From NCBI GenBank assembly GCA_036524775.1, contig DATDBO010000040.1, forward strand, positions 2,085-66,084: a stretch of DNA of 64,000 bases, in the 5' to 3' direction. The notes below the pieces were generated by a model. That model was not told the origin of the DNA and searched no databases. It saw only the letters and a list, made by a program, of their open reading frames with translations. The stretch is from Solirubrobacterales bacterium. Lineage in GTDB: Bacteria; Actinomycetota; Thermoleophilia; Solirubrobacterales; 70-9. Shown piece by piece: positions 1 through 10,246 of this stretch (within the stretch, counting starts at the first letter, position 1; each line of letters begins with the position of its first letter). A program made the translations under genes and the position numbers.

Positions 1-33
1 CTGCGCGGCCGCGAGGTCTCCTGGGAGGACGGC

Positions 34-2532
34 TCAGGCGTCGCCGACGGGATCGACGACCGGGGACACCTCGCCGTCGCCGTTGCCGGCGGCGGCCACG
101 TCCTGCTCGGCGCCGGCGACGTCCACCTTCGCCTTTGACTCTTTCTTCGGCTTTTTCCGTTTACGACGACGTTTGCCGCCTTTGGGGAAGTTGCGCAGCA
201 GCTCGCGCGCCGTCGCCGAGGGTTTGCGGGCCATCCGCATCCGCGCGCCGCGCAGCACCTCCTCGCCTTCCGGCGTGTGCGAGACGGAGGCGGCGAGCAG
301 CGCCACCGCGAGGCGGCGGTCCTGTTTGCGCGCCGCGTGGACCAGCCGCCGCGCGTTGCGCCCGTGCGCCCGCCCCGACGAGTTGACCAGCAGCCCCAGC
401 AGCCGCTTCGTCTCCGGCCAGCGCTGCACGGCGTACTCTTCGTGCAGGTCGCGGGTGTAGGAGGCGAGCCGCCAGACCCACGCCTGCGCCTGGTCGCGGC
501 GGCCGATCCGTTTGTCGACGAGCGCCTGCAGCAGGGTTTTGGTCCCGGCCCGCTTGTCGTCGCGGCTCCACGTTCCGACGATGTCGATCGCGTCGTCGAA
601 GGCCTCGGCGTCGCGCAGGTCGGCGATCTCGGCCAGCGCTTTGAGGCGCAACTGCGAGTTGCGGTTGCGCTGCACGCAGGTGAGTAGGAAGCGCCGGCGC
701 AGCTCCTTGGTCTTGTCGTTCTGCAGCATCGAGCGCGCCCGGCGCCAGTTCTGCGGGTTGACCCGCGCCCCCGCCAGCGCCGCCCAGGCGTGCTGCTCGG
801 CGTGGTCGAGGTTCTCGACCGCGATCCGCCAGAGATCGCGTTCGAGCACCTGCGTGCGCTTTTCGGACTCCTCGGAAACGGGGACGATGCGGCGCTCGAC
901 CCGCACCCGTCGGCCGCGCCCGCGGCGCACCGGGCCGACGACGATCGCGCCGCCGCGGTAGACGTCGCGGTCGAGCAGGCTGTGCAGGGTGACGATCGTC
1001 TCGTCGTGGGTCGTCGCGGGGTGGACGAAGTCGATCACCAGGCCCGCCTCCTTGCCCGGCGCCCGCCGGGTGACGCGGCCGACCCGCTGCTGGTAGATCC
1101 GCCGCGAGGCGGTCGGCGCGAGGTGCATGCAGATCGTCGCCCGCGGCGAGTTCCAGCCCTCGGCGAGCAGCATCGCGTTGCAGAGCACGTCGACCTCGCC
1201 GCGCTCGAAGGCGGCGAGGATCTCGGCAAGTTCGCGCTTCGGCGTCTCGCCGGAGACGGCGCGGGCGACGATCCCCGTGTCCTTGAACGCTTTGGCGACG
1301 TTCTTGGCGTGCTGCACGCCGGCGGTGTAGAGGACGCCGGGGGTCTTCGAGAAGCGCGTCTTGTAGAGGTCGGCGATGGCGACGTTGAAGGGCTCCTGGT
1401 CGAGCAGCGCGGCCAGCTCCTCCTGGTCGAAGTCCTGGTCGACCTCGCCTTTGCGCAGCGGCACCTTGGCGATCGTGCGCACCCCCGGCCCAGGCGGGAT
1501 GCGCATGCAGCGCAGCGGCGCGATCACGCCGCGGCGCGCCGCCTGGGCGAGGTCGAAGCGCGAGGTCTGGGTGGGGAAGAGGTCGGCGACGTGGCGGGCG
1601 ATCAGCGCCCCGGTCGCGGTCATGCCGATGAAGACGGGGCCGGTCCAGGCGCGGATGCAGGCGCTGGTTTTCTCGCCCAGCGCGGTGTGCGCCTCGTCGC
1701 AGATCACGATCGAGTAGGCGTCGGAGACTTTCTTGTGGTTGCGCACGAACCACTGGTAGGTCTCGACCGTGACCGGGCCTTCGGCGTCGTCGCGGTCGCC
1801 CAACAGCGGCGGCCGCAGACGCTCCTTGTAGCCGCGGTCGGAGATCTCGCCGATGAACTGGTCGACCAGGTTGCGGCGGTGGGTGAGGATCAGCACGCCG
1901 CCGGTGCGCGTGGCGTCGATGAAGCCGACCGCGGCGACGGTCTTGCCCGCGCCGGTCGCGTGCTCGAACCAGAAGCGGCGGGCGGCGCCCGGATCCTCGG
2001 CGGCCTCGGCGACCGGCTCCTCCTCGTCGTCCTCGACCGGCTCTTCTTCCCAGTCCTGCGGCTCCTCGTCGGGGGCCAGCTCCTCCGGCTCCTCCTCGTC
2101 CTCCTCTCCGGCGCCGTCCTCCTCGGCGGGGGCGGGCGCGGCCTCAGCGGCTGCCGCGCCGGGACCGGCGCCGTTTTCGGCCGCCGTCTGCTGCTCGGAC
2201 ATCAGCTCGGTCAGGGTGCCGGAGAGGGCGTCGACCTGGTGCGGGTTGAGCTCGGCGCCGTCGCGCAGCTTCGGCGGCTCCTCGGCCAGCAGGCGCTCCA
2301 ACCCGAGCAGCAACGAGAAGTCGCGTCGCCACTGGATCGACGGGTGCTCGGCCCCTTCGTCCAGCTCCGTCAGCGCCGCGTCGAGAGCGCGGCGGCGGGA
2401 CGTGCCGGGGGCGAGCACCTCGGGGGCCTCGCCGTCGAGCAGGAAGGGCTCGCGGGCAAACTCGGCCGCCCGCTCGATGTCGGCGCTTGAGGGAACTGCC
2501 GCCTTCGCGGCAACTTCGCTGGTGTTGGCCAT
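34..2532 (-). CDS. SF2 DEAD/DEAH-box helicase (type III restriction Res-subunit-like), 832 aa
   Basis: Walker A ATGAGKT, DEAH box (VICDEAHT), motif III GMTAT, motif VI QQRVGRVTR. Acidic low-complexity insert before Walker A and a polybasic C-terminal tail (KGGKRRRKRKKPKK). Confidence 0.8.
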   Translation of the reverse strand: MANTSEVAAKAAVPSSADIERAAEFAREPFLLDGEAPEVLAPGTSRRRALDAALTELDEGAEHPSIQWRRDFSLLLGLERLLAEEPPKLRDGAELNPHQVDALSGTLTELMSEQQTAAENGAGPGAAAAEAAPAPAEEDGAGEEDEEEPEELAPDEEPQDWEEEPVEDDEEEPVAEAAEDPGAARRFWFEHATGAGKTVAAVGFIDATRTGGVLILTHRRNLVDQFIGEISDRGYKERLRPPLLGDRDDAEGPVTVETYQWFVRNHKKVSDAYSIVICDEAHTALGEKTSACIRAWTGPVFIGMTATGALIARHVADLFPTQTSRFDLAQAARRGVIAPLRCMRIPPGPGVRTIAKVPLRKGEVDQDFDQEELAALLDQEPFNVAIADLYKTRFSKTPGVLYTAGVQHAKNVAKAFKDTGIVARAVSGETPKRELAEILAAFERGEVDVLCNAMLLAEGWNSPRATICMHLAPTASRRIYQQRVGRVTRRAPGKEAGLVIDFVHPATTHDETIVTLHSLLDRDVYRGGAIVVGPVRRGRGRRVRVERRIVPVSEESEKRTQVLERDLWRIAVENLDHAEQHAWAALAGARVNPQNWRRARSMLQNDKTKELRRRFLLTCVQRNRNSQLRLKALAEIADLRDAEAFDDAIDIVGTWSRDDKRAGTKTLLQALVDKRIGRRDQAQAWVWRLASYTRDLHEEYAVQRWPETKRLLGLLVNSSGRAHGRNARRLVHAARKQDRRLAVALLAASVSHTPEGEEVLRGARMRMARKPSATARELLRNFPKGGKRRRKRKKPKKESKAKVDVAGAEQDVAAAGNGDGEVSPVVDPVGDA

Positions 2533-2686
2533 GACAGGCTTGTCCGTCCACTCCAGGCAGCGGCGCGATGCTGCCGCCGGGAGACTTGCGTGAGGGTGCC
2601 GAGGTTTAGCTTGAGCTCCATCCCCGGCGATCTCGAGCGGCTCGCATCAGGCGAGCCGGACCTCCGTATTGTAGGACACCCGGACC

Positions 2687-3310
2687 GTGATGAGTATTCC
2701 CAGAGTCCTCAGCCGTGGATTGAGACGCCTTGCGCCGGTCCTCCTCGTTCTTCCCCTGCTCGCTCTCGCAGCCGGCGGTTGCGGGACCTCGCAAGACGAG
2801 AGCGGGAGTCATCCCGACTATGCCAAGGCGCTCGCCGGCTCGCCGCCGCCGCTGGCGGCCCTGCACCGCCAGGCCAACGAGCTGCTGCCGGGCGGGGTCG
2901 ACGCCTACGAGAAGCGGATCGCCGCACTGCGCGGCTACCCCGTGGTGGTCAACCTCTGGGCCTCCTGGTGCGGGCCCTGCCGCTTCGAGTTCCCCTGGTT
3001 CCAGCGGGCGGCGGCGCGCTACGGCAAGCGGGTCGCCTTCCTCGCCGTCGACAAACAGGACTCCGACGACGCCGCCGAGACCTTCCTGCGCGAAGAGCCG
3101 ATCCCCTACCCCAGCTACGCCGACCCCGACGAGGAGATCGCCGAGAGCATCGACGGCGATGCGACGCGCGGCCTGCCGACGACCGCCTTCTACGACCCCA
3201 ACGGCGAGCTGGCCTATCTGAAACTCGGCCCCTACGACGACGAGGCCGAGCTGCGGGCCGACGTCGAGCGCTACGCCCTGCGCGCCGCAGCCGAGGCCGA
3301 AGGCGGATAA
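2687..3310 (+). CDS. TlpA/ResA-like thiol:disulfide oxidoreductase, probable lipoprotein
   Basis: Thioredoxin active site WASWCGPC. N-terminal signal with lipobox-like LAAGGC. Confidence 0.85.
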   Translation: MMSIPRVLSRGLRRLAPVLLVLPLLALAAGGCGTSQDESGSHPDYAKALAGSPPPLAALHRQANELLPGGVDAYEKRIAALRGYPVVVNLWASWCGPCRFEFPWFQRAAARYGKRVAFLAVDKQDSDDAAETFLREEPIPYPSYADPDEEIAESIDGDATRGLPTTAFYDPNGELAYLKLGPYDDEAELRADVERYALRAAAEAEGG

Positions 3311-3317
3311 TCGGCCG

Positions 3318-3800
3318 ATGGACCTCTTCGTTTTTGTTGCGCTGGTCGGGGTCGCGCTGCTGCTGGCCGAGCTGCTGCTGTCGACCGGCGGCGTGCTCGC
3401 CGCGCTCGGCGCGGCCGGTCTGGTCGCCGGCGGCGTGATCGCGCTCACCGCCGACTCCGACTCGAGCGCCGCCGACTGGGCGGGGCCGGCGCTGATCACG
3501 CTCGGCATCCTCTCGGCGGTCAGCTTCTACTTCATCGGCCGCAAGGTGCTCGAAGCGCACCGCGACCAACCCGTGCGCGCGGGCCACGAGGAGCTGATCG
3601 GCGCGCCGGCCGAGGTGCGCACCTCGCTCGACCCGGAGGGCCAGGTCTGGATCGAGGGAGCGCTCTGGCGCGCCCGCCTGCGGGGCGACGGAGCGGCGCT
3701 GCGCCCGGGGGATAGAGTCACGGTCGAGGCGATCGAGGGCCTGACCCTTCTGGTCCGGCCCGAGCCCTCACCTGCCGGCGCCGAGGAAGGAGCGAGTTGA
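3318..3800 (+). CDS. NfeD-family membrane protein
   Basis: Hydrophobic N-terminal half plus a C-terminal OB-like segment ([14 protein letters not shown]). 4-nt overlap with the downstream SPFH gene, the classic NfeD-stomatin pairing. Confidence 0.75.
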   Translation: MDLFVFVALVGVALLLAELLLSTGGVLAALGAAGLVAGGVIALTADSDSSAADWAGPALITLGILSAVSFYFIGRKVLEAHRDQPVRAGHEELIGAPAEVRTSLDPEGQVWIEGALWRARLRGDGAALRPGDRVTVEAIEGLTLLVRPEPSPAGAEEGAS

Positions 3801-4582
3801 TGGACATCGTGGTCGGGGTTTTCCTGGTTCTGCTCTTCTTCGGCGCGATCGGGCTCGGCGCTTCGGTGCGGGTGCTGCGCGAGTACGAGCGCGGCGTCGT
3901 CTTCCGGCTCGGACGACTGATCGCCACCAAGGGGCCCGGCCTGATCCTGCTGATCCCGTTCATCGACCGCATGGAACGCGTCGACCTGCGCACGGTGACG
4001 CTCAACATCCCGCCGCAGGAGGTGATCACCCGCGACAACGTCCCGTCGAGCGTCAACGCGGTCGCCTACTTCCGCGTCGTCGACTCCAACCGGGCGATCG
4101 TGGAGGTCGAGAACTACCTGCTGGCGACGTCGCAGATCGCCCAGACGGCGCTGCGCTCGGTCCTCGGCAAGGCCGAACTCGACCAGCTGCTCTCCGAGCG
4201 CGAGCGGCTCAACGAAGAGCTGCAGACGATCATCGACGAGTCGACCGAGCCCTGGGGCGTAAAGGTGACCGCGGTCGAGATCAAGGACGTCGAGATCCCC
4301 GAGCAGATGCAGCGGGCGATGGCGCGCCAGGCCGAGGCCGAGCGCGAGCGCCGCGCCAAGATCATCAACTCAGAGGGCGAGTACCAGGCGGCGCAGAAGC
4401 TCACCGACGCGGCCGACATCATCAGCACCAACCCGGCCTCGCTGCAGCTGCGCTACCTGCAGACGCTGCTCGAGATCGGCAGCAACCAGAACACGACCAT
4501 TGTCTTCCCGCTGCCGATGGACGTGCTCAAGCCGTTCCTCGAAGCGACCGGCGGCGACGAGCCGCAATCGCCGCCGAGTTGA
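3797..4582 (+). CDS. SPFH/band-7 (stomatin/slipin-like) protein
   Basis: N-terminal TM, then typical SPFH sequence ([13 protein letters not shown]...ITRDNV...) and a coiled-coil [11 protein letters not shown]. Confidence 0.9.
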   Translation: MMDIVVGVFLVLLFFGAIGLGASVRVLREYERGVVFRLGRLIATKGPGLILLIPFIDRMERVDLRTVTLNIPPQEVITRDNVPSSVNAVAYFRVVDSNRAIVEVENYLLATSQIAQTALRSVLGKAELDQLLSERERLNEELQTIIDESTEPWGVKVTAVEIKDVEIPEQMQRAMARQAEAERERRAKIINSEGEYQAAQKLTDAADIISTNPASLQLRYLQTLLEIGSNQNTTIVFPLPMDVLKPFLEATGGDEPQSPPS

Positions 4583-5562
4583 GCGCGCCCGAGATCCGCA
4601 TCGACCAGCTCACCGGGCTGCGCACGATCCTCGCGCCCGGGCGGGCGGACCGCCCGCATGGGTTCGCGCGCGCGGGGGACGACGAGAAGGGCGCCGAGGG
4701 GTGCCCGTTCTGCGAGGGCAACGAGGAGAAGACGCCACCCGAGGTCTACGCCGTGCGCCCGGGGGGCGGTGAGCCGGACACGCCGGGCTGGACGAGCCGC
4801 GTCGTGCCGAACCTTTACCCGGCACTGGGCGAGGGTGAGGACGAGCCGCGGTCCGACAGCAATCCCGAGCTGTTCGAGTCCCGCCCGGCGGTCGGCGCCC
4901 ACGAGGTGCTGATCAACGCGCCCGAGCACGTCACCGCGATGGCCGAGCTGAGCGACGAGCGCTTCCTCGGCGCGGTCGAAACCTGGCGCGAGCGGATGCG
5001 CGCCCACGCAGACGCCACCTACGTGCAGCTCGTCGTCAACGAGGGCGCCGGGGCCGGGGCGTCCCTGCCCCACACCCACGCCCAGCTCTACGCGCTGCCC
5101 TTCGTCCCGGCGGCGGTCGCGCGCGAGCGCGAGCGCGCCGGCGCCTACAGCGAACGCACGACCGGCGGCGGCCTGCTCAGCGACGTGCTGGTCGAGGAGG
5201 TGCGCCGGCGCGAGCGGCTGGTCGCGATCGACGAGGAGGCGGCGCTGATCTGTCCCTGGGCCTCGCGCTCCCCCTACGAGCTGCGCGTCGTGCCGCGGCA
5301 ACCGGCGGCCCGCTTCGAGGAGGACACGGGTGGGGCCGGGATGGTCCGCACCGCGATGCGCCTGCTCGCCGAGCGCTTCGACGGCCCGCCCGAGCTGAAC
5401 CTCTGGGTGGCGACGGCTCCGCGCGGCACCGAGGAGTTCCACTGGCACGTCGACATCGCCCCGCGCCTGACCAACAAGGCGTCCTTCGAGTTCGCCACCG
5501 GCGTCGACATCAACATCTACCCGCCCGAGCGCGCCGCTGCCGATCTGCGCGAGCTCCTATGA
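4579..5562 (+). CDS. GalT-like HIT-family hexose-1-phosphate nucleotidyltransferase
   Basis: Zn-site CPFCEGNE and HIT-type histidine motif PHTHAQL. Overlaps the upstream stop codon. Confidence 0.75.
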   Translation: MSAPEIRIDQLTGLRTILAPGRADRPHGFARAGDDEKGAEGCPFCEGNEEKTPPEVYAVRPGGGEPDTPGWTSRVVPNLYPALGEGEDEPRSDSNPELFESRPAVGAHEVLINAPEHVTAMAELSDERFLGAVETWRERMRAHADATYVQLVVNEGAGAGASLPHTHAQLYALPFVPAAVARERERAGAYSERTTGGGLLSDVLVEEVRRRERLVAIDEEAALICPWASRSPYELRVVPRQPAARFEEDTGGAGMVRTAMRLLAERFDGPPELNLWVATAPRGTEEFHWHVDIAPRLTNKASFEFATGVDINIYPPERAAADLRELL

Positions 5563-5583
5563 AGCGGCCATAGGATCGACCGG

Positions 5584-6240
5584 ATGACCCCGAACCCCCG
5601 CCCGATCCCGCGCTTTATCGCCGACTCGACCCAGGAGGGGATCCCGCACGGGCGCTTCGCTGCGCGGCTCGCGGAAGAGTTCCGCGCGGCCTGCGAGCGG
5701 ATCGAGGACCTGCCCGAGGGGGTCTCGATCCCCGAGAAGGTCGAGTGGTTCCCGGAGCGCGCCTGGGGCGGCAGGATCTGGGTGCCGGCGACCGCCCGGA
5801 CCCCGGCGGCCGAGGACGAGGCGGGAGACGCGGACGTCGGCGCCGGCCTCCTGGAGCTCTTCGGCCACGTCTCCTACGTGCAGCCCGAGGGCGGCGATCC
5901 GGCCGACTTCCGCGCGACCGTCGACTTCACCGACGTCCTCGCCGAGGACAACCCCGAGTGGACGATCGACCTCAACGACGACGTGATCGGCAAGTGGCGC
6001 GGCGAGAACGGCCGCGCCGGCGACGTCACCCTGGTCTGGGGCCGTCCCCTCGTCCCCGGCGCCGTCGCCGCCGGCGCCGAGCTGGACATGGAGACGGTCG
6101 ACCAGGAAGTCGTCTCCGACGAACGCTTCACGCTGATCGCCCTCGATGCCCTAAAGGGCTACGGCGACGACGTCTTCCTCGAGGTCAAGCTCTGGAACCG
6201 CCGCGCCCAAGAGCTCGCCGCCGAGAGCCTCTACGACTGA
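5584..6240 (+). CDS. hypothetical protein, 218 aa
   Basis: Long ORF with host-like codon bias. No motif recognised. Confidence 0.5.
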   Translation: MTPNPRPIPRFIADSTQEGIPHGRFAARLAEEFRAACERIEDLPEGVSIPEKVEWFPERAWGGRIWVPATARTPAAEDEAGDADVGAGLLELFGHVSYVQPEGGDPADFRATVDFTDVLAEDNPEWTIDLNDDVIGKWRGENGRAGDVTLVWGRPLVPGAVAAGAELDMETVDQEVVSDERFTLIALDALKGYGDDVFLEVKLWNRRAQELAAESLYD

Positions 6241-6279
6241 GCGGCCGAGCGCTACGCGCGCCGGGCGTCCCCCGCCGTC

Positions 6280-6594
6280 ATGCCAGGTACATTCCGATCG
6301 ATGTCAGACGAGTGGTTGAGAAGCCTTCCCGGAGCCGAGATCGTGCTGCCAGGTCTCGCCGATGTCGAAGCCGGGCGTCAGACGGTCAACGCGAGCGCAG
6401 TGCAAACCGCGGCGCCACGCCTGCGACGCCTTGGACTCGCCGCCCCGGAAGCGGCCAGCGACGTTCCGGCGTCGCATCTCCTCTACAGGCAGCTGAGCAG
6501 TGAGCTCGGCAACGGTGCTCACTCTCGTTACAACGCGATTCTCACTCGCGTCTCCAGCTTCGCCCGGGCGGCAGAACGTGCGCGACGCGGCTGA
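6280..6594 (+). CDS. small hypothetical protein (possible partner of the downstream NTase-fold protein)
   Basis: ORF overlaps the following gene. No motif recognised. Confidence 0.35.
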   Translation: MPGTFRSMSDEWLRSLPGAEIVLPGLADVEAGRQTVNASAVQTAAPRLRRLGLAAPEAASDVPASHLLYRQLSSELGNGAHSRYNAILTRVSSFARAAERARRG

Positions 6595-7096
6595 CGCCGA
6601 CCGAATAAAACGTCTTGCCGGTGAGCTGGGGCGGGTGGTACCCAGCGGAACGCGTATGTATCTCACCGGCGGCGCAACCGCAGTGCTCGAAGGCTGGCGA
6701 GACTCGACCGTCGACATCGACGTCCGATTCGAGCCCGACTCGGATGCTGCGCTGAGTCGGATCCGCGACCTCAAGGAGGAGCTTGCGGTGAACGTCGAGC
6801 TCGCCTCTCCACTTGACTTCCTGCCTCCGCTGCCAGGCTGGCAGGAACGCTCGCGCTTCCGCCTTCGCGAAGGCAATCTGGAGGTGTTCGACTTCGACCC
6901 CTACTCGCAGGCACTTTCCAAGCTGGAGCGTGGCTTCGAGCTCGACCTGGAGGACGTGCGCAGCATGGTCGACAGTGGGCAGGTCGAGCCCAGCCGATTG
7001 CTGAGCCTGTACGAAGAGGTCGAGGACGAGTTGTACAGGTTCCCTGCGGTAGATCCCGCCACGCTGAGAGCCGCGGTCAGAGCACTCGGCGAGTAG
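6578..7096 (+). CDS. nucleotidyltransferase-fold (DUF6036-like) protein
   Basis: Segment MYLTGGATAVLEGWRDSTVDIDV resembles the G-x-x...DxD NTase core. Start placed at GTG 6578; the track ORF starts at 6500. Confidence 0.45.
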   Translation: MRDAADADRIKRLAGELGRVVPSGTRMYLTGGATAVLEGWRDSTVDIDVRFEPDSDAALSRIRDLKEELAVNVELASPLDFLPPLPGWQERSRFRLREGNLEVFDFDPYSQALSKLERGFELDLEDVRSMVDSGQVEPSRLLSLYEEVEDELYRFPAVDPATLRAAVRALGE

Positions 7097-7124
7097 ATCC
7101 ACCGAGGCACTCCATAAACAGGGC

Positions 7125-7550
7125 TCAGAGGATCTGGGCGTCGACGAAGCCGGCGACGAGCACCAGCCAACCGCCGATCTCGGCAGCGATCAGGGTCGTC
7201 ATGAAGGCGTTCATCCGACTCGTCGGCGGGTGGAACTGGTTGGTCGTGTCGCGCTTCCAGCCGTGGTACGCGTAGCCGGCGATGGCGCCGAAGAAGTAGA
7301 AGGCCATCGCGCCGGCGGCGAGCAGGTTGGCGAGCACGCTCCACTCGCTCAGCTCGACGAAGGTCGCGACCAGCAGCAGCGCGAAGCTGTAGAGCAGTGC
7401 CGCGCGGTGCGCGGTGTCGACGTAGGGATGGGCGAGCCCATCGGTCGCCGTGATCATCTGCCTGTACTTCCACACGCCGAGCAGCAGCGCCCAGAGGAAC
7501 ATCGCCGCGCCGGCGAGCAGGACGGCCTTGGTGTCGTCGCCCAGCTCCAT
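7125..7550 (-). CDS. integral membrane protein, about 4 TM
   Basis: Four hydrophobic stretches. No other motif. Confidence 0.6.
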   Translation of the reverse strand: MELGDDTKAVLLAGAAMFLWALLLGVWKYRQMITATDGLAHPYVDTAHRAALLYSFALLLVATFVELSEWSVLANLLAAGAMAFYFFGAIAGYAYHGWKRDTTNQFHPPTSRMNAFMTTLIAAEIGGWLVLVAGFVDAQIL

Positions 7551-7618
7551 GGCCCGATGCTATTCACCGCTCAGGCGAGAGGGTCGGCCCTATCCGGGCC
7601 CGGCTTCAGGATGCGCCC

Positions 7619-8053
7619 GTGATCCGCGAGCTTCTCCCCCCGGATACCGGCCTGGCCTTCGAGGCGATGAAGGCGCTGCGGACCGAGCTCGCCGACGAGG
7701 CGGCGTTCGTCAGCCTGGTGGACGAGGTCCAGCGACCCGAGGGCTATCGCCTGGCTGCCGCCTTCGAGGAGGGCGAGGCGAGCGCAGCAGCCGTAGCGGG
7801 CTTTCGCACCGGCCACAACCTCGCCTGGGGTCATTACCTCTACGTCGACGACCTCTCGACCCGCCCGGAGTCCCGGCGCCACGGCCACGGCCGGGCGCTC
7901 CTCGCCTGGCTGACGAAGGAGGCGAAGCGCCTGCACTGCGACCAACTCCACCTCGACTCCGGCGTCGGCCTAGACCGAGCCGACGCCCACCGGCTCTATC
8001 TGAACGCCAGCCTGATCATCGCCGCCCACCACTTCGCCCGCGGCATCGAGTAG
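7619..8053 (+). CDS. GNAT-family N-acetyltransferase
   Basis: Acetyl-CoA motif A (RRHGHGRALLAWL) and typical size of 144 aa. Confidence 0.8.
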   Translation: MIRELLPPDTGLAFEAMKALRTELADEAAFVSLVDEVQRPEGYRLAAAFEEGEASAAAVAGFRTGHNLAWGHYLYVDDLSTRPESRRHGHGRALLAWLTKEAKRLHCDQLHLDSGVGLDRADAHRLYLNASLIIAAHHFARGIE

Positions 8054-8077
8054 CGCGGGGTCGCTACGGTGTGATCA

Positions 8078-8254
8078 ATGGCATCACCTGGACAGGCAAC
8101 ACGCGTTTCAAGGGACCCCGAGGCCGCCGCCGAGGCAGTCCGGATTCAACGACTGCGCGAAGACGCACAACGCCCCATGAGCGTGAACTTGGCCGAGACG
8201 ATCGCGCTGAGTCACGCGCTGCTGAAGATGGCCGCCTCCGCCCAGCAGCAATGA
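8078..8254 (+). CDS. 58-aa ORF not in the supplied track (possible antitoxin-like partner)
   Basis: Hand translation gives MASPGQATRVSRDPEAAAEAVRIQRLREDAQRPMSVNLAETIALSHALLKMAASAQQQ. Its TGA overlaps the ATG of the next gene (ATGA at 8251-8254). Confidence 0.3.
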   Translation: MASPGQATRVSRDPEAAAEAVRIQRLREDAQRPMSVNLAETIALSHALLKMAASAQQQ

Positions 8255-8738
8255 CGTCAGCGGCCTTCGACGAGATCTTAAGGAGGCTGGTAGCGGCAGG
8301 GGCAGAGTTCGTAGTGATCGGTGGGCTTGCTCTGGGAGCGAGAGGCGTCGTTCGTGCCACCAAGGACATCGACATCGTCGTCTCGCCCGATGTCGAGAAT
8401 CTGAAGGTGGTTGCAGAGGTGGCGGTTGCGGCCGGTGGGCACGTTCAGCGAGGGGAAGCGCTGCTCGGAACTCCCCTCTCGATCGCAGCAGAGCTGGCAG
8501 GTGGGGAGCAGATGGCAATCGACACGGAGCTTGGACGCCTCGACATCGTGCAGGGCCTCGACGGCGTTCCGAGTTTCGCGGAGCTTCGCTCTCGCGCGAG
8601 CGACGCTGAAGTACTCGGAGTGAACGTCGCGGTCTGCTCCGTGGAGGATCTGCGAGCGATGAAGCGCGCTGCCGGGCGCGGTCAAGATCTCGTTGACCTG
8701 GAAAACCTCGACGCCGCAACTGGAGAGCCGGAGTCCAG

Positions 8739-8742
<4 letters not shown>
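8251..8742 (+). CDS. nucleotidyltransferase-fold protein, 163 aa
   Basis: VVIGGLALGARGVVRATKDIDIVV matches a minimal NTase G-x...DxD core. The track ORF 7450..8742 is an unsupported N-terminal extension. Confidence 0.55.
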
Positions 8743-9027
<285 letters not shown>

Positions 9028-9147
9028 CGAAGCGGAGGAATCGCGGTTCTTGCCGCCGTAAAGCCAATTGCTGCGCCTCGATGCTGAGGAGCTATTCGTC
9101 GGATTGGCCTCGATTGGCCGGGATTTGGGCAGCCACTGCCCAATGGA

Positions 9148-9381
9148 TTGCAGAAGCCGTCCTACGCTCAGCTACACCGTGTCGACATGGCTTCACGCGA
9201 CCTGATCGGGCAAGCCAGCAAAGCCCTCGGCGAAGCGGCAGGCGCGACTCAAAGGATTCTCTTCGGCTCTCACACCCGCGGTGAGGAGACGCCGAAAACG
9301 AGTCGCGGCGCAAGCGTTTATCGAGCGCCGAATCGGCCGACGCCGGCCTGGGACCGCAGCTGCCGGCAGAGTGCCCAGTAG
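9148..9381 (+). pseudogene. remnant of a minimal nucleotidyltransferase (MNT-like)
   Basis: Contains RILFGSHTRGE (LFGSxARGE-type NTase motif), but the following DxD region is missing. Confidence 0.3.
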
Positions 9382-9659
9382 GCATCCTCGCGGTCGGCAA
9401 CGCGGAGCGGCTTGCGGCGGTCGTGCGGGCCCGTCTCCGGGTCGGGGACCAGCAGCTCGGCCTTACGTAGCCGCGCGAGCTCCTTGCTCATCATCCCTTT
9501 CGCGTCGTCGTCGAGCGAGAGCGCCTCAAGCAGGGCAGCTCCCCACACAGGCTCGTTCGCTTCGGCAATTGCCGCCCCCACCTCGGCTTGGCGGCCGCTC
9601 TTCAGCAGCCGCCGGGACAGGGACTGTAGGCGCGTCCTGTTTTTGCTGGCGTCCGCCAC
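9318..9659 (-). CDS. hypothetical protein (start uncertain: GTG 9659, ATG 9716 or 9749)
   Basis: ORF 9318..9749. The first about 30 codons would be encoded by AT-rich palindromes, so the internal GTG start is preferred. Confidence 0.4.
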   Translation of the reverse strand: MADASKNRTRLQSLSRRLLKSGRQAEVGAAIAEANEPVWGAALLEALSLDDDAKGMMSKELARLRKAELLVPDPETGPHDRRKPLRVADREDAYWALCRQLRSQAGVGRFGAR

Positions 9660-9669
9660 GGGCTCTATG

Positions 9670-9707
9670 GTTTCGAAATTCGAAACATAGGTTTCGGAAA
9701 TCGAAAC
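9670..9707. promoter_or_regulatory. two 17-bp inverted repeats (GTTTCGAAATTCGAAAC and GTTTCGGAAATCGAAAC), centres 21 bp apart
   Basis: Read directly. First repeat is palindromic apart from the central base; the second has one arm mismatch. Confidence 0.45.
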
Positions 9708-9832
9708 AATAGCCATGAAATTGACCTTGACCTGCACGAATTGGCTCATGGAGCGGGACCGACGGACGCTGGCGACATCCAGTCGGTGCTATAAATGTCG
9801 CGCCTATAGCAGGTTGTGCGGACAGAAAAGGC

Positions 9833-10246
9833 TTGACGCCGACCTTACCGGGGGCTCATCCGATGGCAGCTGACCCATATCCCGGCGGCTTCCTTCGCCG
9901 CCTCTTCGGCCGATTGCGCGGCGGTCCCCGCGACCCCGAAATAGCTCATGCCGACCAGGCGGTCGGTTGGGTCCCCTTCGACGAGCAGCGCCGCGACCCG
10001 CAGTTCCGGCGCGCCGACATCGTCTTCGGTCCGGATATGTTCGACCCCCGCACCGAAAACGGCGACCGGCCGCTGACGCGGGCGATGCGGGAACGTCGCT
10101 CCGATGTCGACCCCGACAACCTGGAGAAGACCGTAGGCGAGGTTTTCGGCGAGGACGCGACGGACGCCGAGATCCGTGAGGCCATGCTCAGCAACGCGCG
10201 CTCGATCGACGCCGCGCCCGTCGGGTCGGGCGAGAACCCTGCCTAG
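9833..10246 (+). CDS. hypothetical protein (alternative ATG at 9863)
   Basis: ORF only. No motif. Confidence 0.4.
   Translation: MTPTLPGAHPMAADPYPGGFLRRLFGRLRGGPRDPEIAHADQAVGWVPFDEQRRDPQFRRADIVFGPDMFDPRTENGDRPLTRAMRERRSDVDPDNLEKTVGEVFGEDATDAEIREAMLSNARSIDAAPVGSGENPA

Noticed and set aside
790-2490. 566-aa plus-strand ORF antisense to the helicase, and many similar overlapping ORFs (161..1753, 1853..2593).
   Set aside because: Arg/Ala/Gly/Pro-rich translations with no motifs. This is the typical open antisense frame of very GC-rich coding DNA. The helicase frame carries all the motifs.
7450-8250. N-terminal 267 aa of track ORF 7450..8742, and similar N-terminal extensions of 42703..44529 and 52745..55816.
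   Set aside because: The extensions are R/P/G-rich and overlap well-supported genes (GNAT, response regulator, membrane protein). Internal ATG starts give full-length, motif-complete proteins.
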